Below are positions 57,670-64,000 of a stretch of 64,000 nt of DNA, piece after piece; within the stretch, counting starts at the first letter, position 1, and every line of letters begins with the position of its first letter. Under the pieces are notes generated by a model. It was not told the DNA's origin. It made no database searches and saw only the letters and a list, made by a program, of their open reading frames with translations. The position numbers and the translations under genes are program-made. Location: positions 58,767 through 122,766 of the forward strand of contig JAFYUU010000015.1 of NCBI GenBank assembly GCA_017549445.1, written 5' to 3'. This stretch comes from Alphaproteobacteria bacterium (GTDB lineage Bacteria > Pseudomonadota > Alphaproteobacteria > Rs-D84).

Positions 57670-58995
57670 ATGAATAACGATACAATTTTTGCATTATCAT
57701 CTGGCCACGGCAAATCTGGTGTGGCTGTAATCAGAATATCTGGCGACAACCTGATTGGTATCTTTCATAAATTCACAGGCCGTAAAACCGCCACCCCCAG
57801 ACATGCATATTTTGCAAACCTGAACGATGAAAACGGCGATTTAATTGACCAGTGTTTATTGCTGTTCTTTAATGCACCAAATTCATTTACCGGCACCGAT
57901 GTCATAGAAATCCAATCACACGGTGCCCCTGCGGTTATAAACAAAATATTTGATTATTTAACCAACCTTGGTATGCGTATGGCAACACCTGGGGAATTTT
58001 CCCGTCGTGCATTTTATAACAACAAAATGGACCTGGCCGATGTTGATGGATTGGCATCTTTGCTGGACGCACAAACCGATGTCCAACGTCGCCACGCATT
58101 AAAATCTATGTTGGGTCAGGACAGTAAAATATACGACACCTGGCGGAAACAGATGCTGGAAATATCGGCATTTGCATCTGCAATATTAGATTATGCACCC
58201 GACGATTTACCGGCCAACATTGGTGAAACTATTACGGAACGCACACGCAACCTGTGGCAAGAAATCACAACCGCATTAAACGGATATAAAACATCACGTG
58301 CAATTCGTGGTGGAATCAATGTGGCACTGATGGGCGAAACAAACGTTGGCAAATCATCAATATTTAATTATCTGGTTGGGTCAAATCGTGCAATCGTATC
58401 TGACATAGCCGGCACAACCCGTGACGTTGTATCCGCCACAATGGACATAGACGGATTTATGGTGAACCTGTCGGACACGGCAGGTATTCGTGAAACGGAT
58501 GACGAAATTGAAAATATCGGAATCGAACGGACTAAATCAGAAATCGAATCCGCAGACATTGTTCTGCATGTTTATACTCCGCAAAACCTGCCACAAGATA
58601 TTATGATTTCAGATTCCAGAATTGGTCCAAATCCAGTTATTACGGTTGTAAATAAATCAGACACCATTTCATCAGACGAACAAGATTATTATAACGCAAC
58701 ATATGTCTCGGCAAAAACAGGTGACGGCATGCCAGATTTATTGGATGTTTTGCGTGCCAAGATACATGAAATGTTTGATAACACAGAATCAAACCTGACA
58801 ATAAATGCACGCACAAAATCATTACTTGAAACGGCACAAAAAGAACTGTATTCCGCCCTGAAATCCAACGGCAATTATGACATTTTTGCAGAACACACCC
58901 GCCACGCAGGCGATGCAATCGGCAAAATCCTTGGAACAATTACGGCAACAGAAATTTTAGATATGACATTTGGCCAACTGTGCCTGGGGAAATAA
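57670..58995 (+). CDS. mnmE: tRNA modification GTPase MnmE
   Basis: G domain (GETNVGKSS, DTAGIRE) and a C-terminal CLGK motif. 441 aa. Confidence 0.9.
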   Translation: MNNDTIFALSSGHGKSGVAVIRISGDNLIGIFHKFTGRKTATPRHAYFANLNDENGDLIDQCLLLFFNAPNSFTGTDVIEIQSHGAPAVINKIFDYLTNLGMRMATPGEFSRRAFYNNKMDLADVDGLASLLDAQTDVQRRHALKSMLGQDSKIYDTWRKQMLEISAFASAILDYAPDDLPANIGETITERTRNLWQEITTALNGYKTSRAIRGGINVALMGETNVGKSSIFNYLVGSNRAIVSDIAGTTRDVVSATMDIDGFMVNLSDTAGIRETDDEIENIGIERTKSEIESADIVLHVYTPQNLPQDIMISDSRIGPNPVITVVNKSDTISSDEQDYYNATYVSAKTGDGMPDLLDVLRAKIHEMFDNTESNLTINARTKSLLETAQKELYSALKSNGNYDIFAEHTRHAGDAIGKILGTITATEILDMTFGQLCLGK

Positions 58996-59164
58996 ATTAG
59001 AATGATTTAGATGCGAACAGTGCCGACAACGTAGTGTCCAACACGGTATAAGATTTTACCACCAACCTCCTTACAGGGTAAAAATAAAAGATAATGGTAT
59101 AGATAAAGCGAATGGGGGAATTGTAGTGTACATGACGCTACATGAGATTCCCCCATTCGCTTTA
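58975..59164. repeat. repeat element copy B, a composite of two diverged tandem units, the second with a 14-bp alternative stem around the same loop
   Basis: Unit 1 runs 58975-59037 and is identical to copy A up to GTAGTGT. Unit 2 is ...GCGAATGGGGGAAT-TGTAGTGTACATGACGCTACATGAG-ATTCCCCCATTCGC. The element begins inside the last codons of mnmE. Confidence 0.55.
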
Positions 59165-59186
59165 GATATGCCATTAGATTTTATTT

Positions 59187-60767
59187 TTATTCGTGGCGAT
59201 CTGGATATTTACCCTCAACCAAATTCTGACGCACGACGTGATGCTTCACTTTTTGCGTGCTGGTCAAAGGCAAATCTTCAGTCGTCATTGCAAAGTGGGT
59301 CACCCACTTATAACTGGCCACCTTTTTATTTGCGGTCGCAACTGCAGATGCCAACTGTTCCATTGTCACACCTTCTTCGACACTGAACACACCATATGTC
59401 ACTGTTTTATCTTTTACCTTATGTTCAAATACGGCGACATTTTTCACACCTGGAATTGTGATAAACAGTCCTTCCAGTTCATCTGGATAAACATTTTTAC
59501 CACTATCCAAAACGATAACTTGCTTTTTGCGTCCTGCAAAATGCAATTCACCATTTTTATCCATTGTCACCATATCCCCCGTGTTAAAGAATCCACGTTC
59601 ATCAAACACTTCGGCATTGACTCCTGGGTTATTCATATATCCACCAAAGACCTGATGTCCACGCACCCACAGAACGCCGACCCCTTCTTCGTTTTTATCA
59701 CGAATTTCACATTCGTTGTTTGATGTTGGGCCACCAAACGCAAAAGGGAAACGTTTTTTAATTGGCTTGGAAATACAGATTGGTCCGACCGTTTCTGTCA
59801 AACCATACCCTTGGATAAACGTCAGTCCCAAACGTTCATAAAAAGTTTCAACTTCTGGTTTTGTTGCTGCACCACCTGACACCAACAATCTTGCCCGTCC
59901 ACCAAATACGTCCAAGATTGGTTTTTGGACCTTACGCACCAAAGCACCCAATCCAATTTTTTCCATTGTCTTGCCATATTTCAGTATCAACGACACCAGC
60001 CACCATTTTTTCTGTGCCTTGACGTTATCGATAATTTTATTACGGAACACTTCCCACAGACGTGGCACTGCGGGGATTACCTGTGGACGATATTTCTTAA
60101 AGTCGGCCATAATTTCTTTTGGATTGACGGTTGGCTGCAACAATACCCCTGCCCCGAAATGCAATGTAGCCAGGATTTCGACTGCGAACCCAAACACGTG
60201 ATACATTGGCAAGAAACCATACAAAGTATCTCCTGCTTTAAACCATTCCGCCATATCTTCCAGCGAGTTTGCACATTCAGTTAAATTAAAGTGTGTCAAC
60301 GGCACCACCTTTGGTGTTCCTGTTGACCCCGATGTGAATGACATAGTCGCCACATCCAACGCTTCGACTGGTGCAGGTTTCAATTCTGGATCTTTTTTAC
60401 CATCTTTTTTGGTTATATCATAGAACTTGAACTTGTCTGTTTTATAAACAAAAGTTTTTTCTGCACACACCATTTTACAGCCCGTAATATCGGCCATATT
60501 ATCATATTCAAATGTTGTTAAATTTGTATCCAGCAACAATACTGTTCCACCCAAATACCACACTGCAAACATAGTAATTGGAAATTCTGGAATATTATGC
60601 GACAAGATACCGATAATATCACCTTTTTTTACACCTGCTTTATCCAGAGATGTTGCACGTGCCTTGACCAGTTCAACGAACTGTGCATACGAAACATTTT
60701 CCCGCACCAGATACAAATTGTCTGGATATTTGCTTGCGGTCTGTTCCAGTAATTTATACATATTCAT
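59187..60767 (-). CDS. AMP-dependent synthetase/ligase (long-chain acyl-CoA synthetase-like)
   Basis: AMP-binding motif MSFTSGSTGTPKVV, GYGLTE and a C-terminal lysine region. 526 aa. Confidence 0.8.
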   Translation of the reverse strand: MNMYKLLEQTASKYPDNLYLVRENVSYAQFVELVKARATSLDKAGVKKGDIIGILSHNIPEFPITMFAVWYLGGTVLLLDTNLTTFEYDNMADITGCKMVCAEKTFVYKTDKFKFYDITKKDGKKDPELKPAPVEALDVATMSFTSGSTGTPKVVPLTHFNLTECANSLEDMAEWFKAGDTLYGFLPMYHVFGFAVEILATLHFGAGVLLQPTVNPKEIMADFKKYRPQVIPAVPRLWEVFRNKIIDNVKAQKKWWLVSLILKYGKTMEKIGLGALVRKVQKPILDVFGGRARLLVSGGAATKPEVETFYERLGLTFIQGYGLTETVGPICISKPIKKRFPFAFGGPTSNNECEIRDKNEEGVGVLWVRGHQVFGGYMNNPGVNAEVFDERGFFNTGDMVTMDKNGELHFAGRKKQVIVLDSGKNVYPDELEGLFITIPGVKNVAVFEHKVKDKTVTYGVFSVEEGVTMEQLASAVATANKKVASYKWVTHFAMTTEDLPLTSTQKVKHHVVRQNLVEGKYPDRHE

Positions 60768-60836
60768 AACAAAAATTCCTTGTTGTTTTTATATTGGACA
60801 ACAGATATTATACTCATCAGAATCAGGATTGCAAAC

Positions 60837-61607
60837 ATGAAAATACTAACATTAAATATAAACTCTATACGGGCCCACGCCACCAGTTTCATTGAAATCT
60901 TGCGTCGTGGGGAATACGACACTATTTTGGTCCAGGAATTAAAGGTTGAAAACGCATCATTTCCGCACAATCTTTTTGATGAATACGGCTATAACGTCAA
61001 GGTTTTTGGTCAAAAATCTTGGAACGGTGTTGCGGTATTTTCCAAATATTCCATCGAGGATGTCACCTGTGGTATGCCAACCTATGCTGACCCATCTGCC
61101 CGATTTATAGAATGTCTGATTGACGGAAACGTGCGGATTATCAACGTATACATGCCAAACGGCGACACGGTTGATTCGCCCAAATTCCCCTATAAATTAG
61201 AATGGATGAACGCATTCACAAAATATCTGGAAACCTATATTGATTCCCCAGAAACGGTAATTGTCGGTGGCGACTTTAACGTCGCAATCCAAGACCGAGA
61301 TATCTGGAAACCCAAAAATTACGAAGGCATTGCAATTTCTGCCCCTGCGGCCCGTGAAATTATGACCCAGTGGTTGGATGCGGGCTGGACAGATGTGTGG
61401 CGTCATTTTCATCCCGATGAAATTGATTACACCTGGTATGGATACCGTGGCCGTGACACAGTTGGCAACCGCCAAGGCCTGCGTCTGGATTATTTTCTGG
61501 CAAACCATACCGCAATGCAACGCATCAAAAATTGCGAAATAGACATTGCCCCCCGTCTGGCGGAAAAACCCACCGACCATTGTGGACTAATGCTGACACT
61601 TAAATAA
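60837..61607 (+). CDS. xth: exodeoxyribonuclease III
   Basis: MKILTLNINS... then QELK, and the C-terminal SDHCGLMLTL of the EEP nuclease family. Confidence 0.85.
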   Translation: MKILTLNINSIRAHATSFIEILRRGEYDTILVQELKVENASFPHNLFDEYGYNVKVFGQKSWNGVAVFSKYSIEDVTCGMPTYADPSARFIECLIDGNVRIINVYMPNGDTVDSPKFPYKLEWMNAFTKYLETYIDSPETVIVGGDFNVAIQDRDIWKPKNYEGIAISAPAAREIMTQWLDAGWTDVWRHFHPDEIDYTWYGYRGRDTVGNRQGLRLDYFLANHTAMQRIKNCEIDIAPRLAEKPTDHCGLMLTLK

Positions 61608-61635
61608 AACACCGCCCAAATGGGCGGTTTTATTT
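61608..61635. terminator. bidirectional terminator between xth and addB
   Basis: AAAACACCGCCCAAATGGGCGGTTTTATTTTTATT. Confidence 0.6.
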
Positions 61636-64000
61636 TTATTCTTCTGGTCTGATAAAATCATCATATTTTTTATATGTATTTCCCCCACCTGGTCTGTATT
61701 CATACGGTGCCATACCTGCGGTAAATTGATTAAACACTTCTGTTATTTTTTCTACCGCCCCATCAATCATAACCTTTGTTTCATCAACATCATACCAAAC
61801 AGGTTTTACATCCTTGTTTTTCATTTGCACGAATAAAATAGTCGGCAAACTGACACACGGCATCTGCTTTTGTTTATCAAACAGATGTCTTTGGAACATC
61901 AGTGCTTCAATCGGCAACTGTGGCACCATACCTTCCTTCAATTGCGTTGGATTAGGTATATCGGCCCCCGTCTTAAAGTCCACAACCCCACCTTCCCAAA
62001 TTAAATCTGCCCGTGCTGTAATTGTTCTTGTTGCACCGTTTTGTCCCACAGGGAACTGATACCGTGCCTCTTGCTCAAAGAATTTGTGCTTAAACTTACT
62101 CAACTCGTCTGCAACCACTGGTGCGATTTCACGAAAACGTTTTTTCTAGAAATGCAACACAACACTTTTCTCGCCCAACATCTGTGTTGCACGTGCATCC
62201 ATTTCTGCAATCATCACATCTGTATCTGTTCCACCTGTTTCTTCGATTACTTGATGCACCAAATCCCCAAAATCTGCGGCCCCTTTCTTTTCCCACCAGT
62301 CATTTTTTGGTCTTAACTGCAATATATGATGAACATAGAACACATACGGATTATGAATTAAGTATTTCAATGACGTCACTGGCACATCCGACCAATCTGC
62401 TGGTGGCATTGGTGCCCCCGAATCCAGTGGATTTTCTGGGACATTATCATATTCTTCAACCGCTTTGATAATATCTTGTGCCAACTGGCGATTATACACA
62501 CCATTTCGTGCATCAACCCGTGACAAGAATCTTGATTTCATAGTTGGGGCCCCACCCGACATTTTACTGCGAACCCAATATACTTTATTCCCACACGACA
62601 GATTCATAAAATCCAACGCCTGCAAAGACACCTTTTTATCTGGTGACGGCAAACCAATCTTTGTTGACAATGCCCGTGACAACCAAGAATTTTCATACCC
62701 ACGTGCCGGGAACATACCATCATTCAACCCCGTCAGTATAACAACATCTGCCGTCTGCATACGTGACTCAATCGTTCCCAAAATTATCACCTGTGGTTCA
62801 TCTGTTGGCGTGCGTCTGACCGACACCCCCGACAAAACATCTGCAATCAATGCATATGCATCTGGGCCTGACACAACAATCCCTGAATTTTCCAGCACCC
62901 ATGACAATTCACGAATTGCCCCCCATACAGCAACAGACGCTTCATCATCAACAACAAATCTCGGCATCAGTTCTGATTTATACTGTGCAACAATGTGTGC
63001 GATTGTATTGAATAAATCACTGTTATTTTCGGTATAAACTTCATTAAACTTTTCTGGATTTTCTTCATTCCATTTATCCAGCAAATTTAATATCGCCCGC
63101 CCTGCTGGCACTTTATTTCCAGACAACCCTGCCGAAGAATCCACCCTGATTCCACGTGCATTCAATGCCGTTTCTATACGCTGGTTTCCTGCACTGTCTG
63201 GTGTAATAATCAAAACAGATTTTTTCTGTTTTATTTCCCTGCATGCAATTTCTGCCACCGCATATGCTTCCTGTGATTCATGATTTGCCTCAATCAAATG
63301 ACAGTGCGACAAATCTCTATCACCCTGATATGGTTCAATATTATTTCCCATACAGTAATTCAAGAAATCTATTGCTGATTTTCCCATATCAATTGGCACG
63401 ACGTGTTCTGGTTCAACACCAATTTTTTTCAAGAATTCATATTCCGCCTTATACGGATTTGTATTCAATCCAAAGTCCTGAATCCTGCCATCAATTTTTC
63501 CTGACAAAATTATCCGCCCATGGGGCAGTTTGGCAATTTCCGCCATTAAATCAGCCGTGACTGGAACACTTGCGGTTGATCCACACACAACAACCAACTT
63601 ATAATCTGCCAATCTTTTCTTCCACGCCGTCATGGCCTTATTTCTAAATTGAACCTGTGTAATTCTGCCATTTGCATTTTGTTCCATATATTTAGAAATA
63701 ATTTCCAACATTATCTTTTTTTTCTTAAAGTGATCTGCGGATTCTTTATCAACCAACTCGCCCCATTTAATTGCGGTTGCGTCCACCCCTTCATTTTCCA
63801 TATAGTCCTGCATCCGCACCAAATCCCGTGCCACCGGTATTGCGACCGACATTGTTTTTATATCTGTATCTGCGGTCAGCATTTTTGCCACCACCACCAC
63901 CCGTTCCAGATTACCAATCACATCTGGCAGATTATCAATCTCATCATCTTGTCCGTCAACGCCTTCGCCCAATGCGACCAAGTGTGGCAAAATCACGGCA
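61636..64000 (-). pseudogene. addB: addB (double-strand-break repair helicase/nuclease subunit B). Its 5' end lies outside the window, and the reading frame carries a single in-frame TAG at 62146-62148.
   Basis: ORFs 62146-63996 and 61636-62118 are in the same frame (27 nt between them, ...VVLHF*KKRFREIAPVVADELSKF...). The downstream ORF carries the PD-(D/E)XK nuclease motif (RADLIWEGGVVDFKTG). The upstream ORF has AddB-like inactive-helicase features (ILTGLNDGMFP). Confidence 0.55.

Noticed and set aside
62146-62148. Possible TAG codon reassignment explaining the addB in-frame stop
   Set aside because: TAG terminates other confidently called genes in the window, for example the nrnA-like gene at 609-611 and trmB at 16585-16587.

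Overview
This window reads as a gene-dense, moderately AT-rich alphaproteobacterial chromosome segment. The lineage call rests on a MucR/Ros-family regulator, a SPOR protein next to tatA, lolA, lnt, lptF/G and a DUF721 protein upstream of ruvC. Most genes are housekeeping: recJ, a DHH phosphoesterase, a PBP transpeptidase, suf genes, trxA, dksA-like, thrS, gltX, trmB, rarA, ftsK, secDF-yajC, mutL, greA, xerD, trxB, serS, typA, recA, secB, mltA, ruvC, yebC, ruvA, mnmE, xth and addB. I saw no rRNA, tRNA, CRISPR array, transposase or prophage. The parts not explained by housekeeping are listed here.

- **Repeat families in non-coding DNA.** There are three small ones. The first is an ~80-nt hairpin element with a conserved loop and co-varying stems, found at two convergent gene junctions that also look like gene-order breakpoints around yebC, ruvA and mnmE. 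The second is a ~42-nt repeat at 11.2 kb and 39.9 kb. The third is a 14-bp perfect palindrome, TGCGATTTATCGCA, sitting about 50 bp upstream of both thrS and serS.
- **Lineage-specific or unusual proteins.** These are an in-frame ybeY-lnt fusion, and a MucR paralogue lacking zinc-ligand residues that is co-oriented with a membrane-anchored protein carrying a GH24 lysozyme-like domain plus TPR repeats. There is also a 600-aa secreted protein with repeated cysteine modules and a transthyretin-like domain, and a four-gene operon of unknown function ending in a ribbon-helix-helix protein. The remaining items are a secreted S1 protease in front of an MFS transporter, and an S41/PDZ protein whose Ser/Lys dyad appears replaced.
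- **A four-gene glycosyltransferase island** between typA and recA.
- **addB interrupted by a single in-frame TAG.**

Everything here is read by eye from the sequence and the six-frame translations. No database searches were run.
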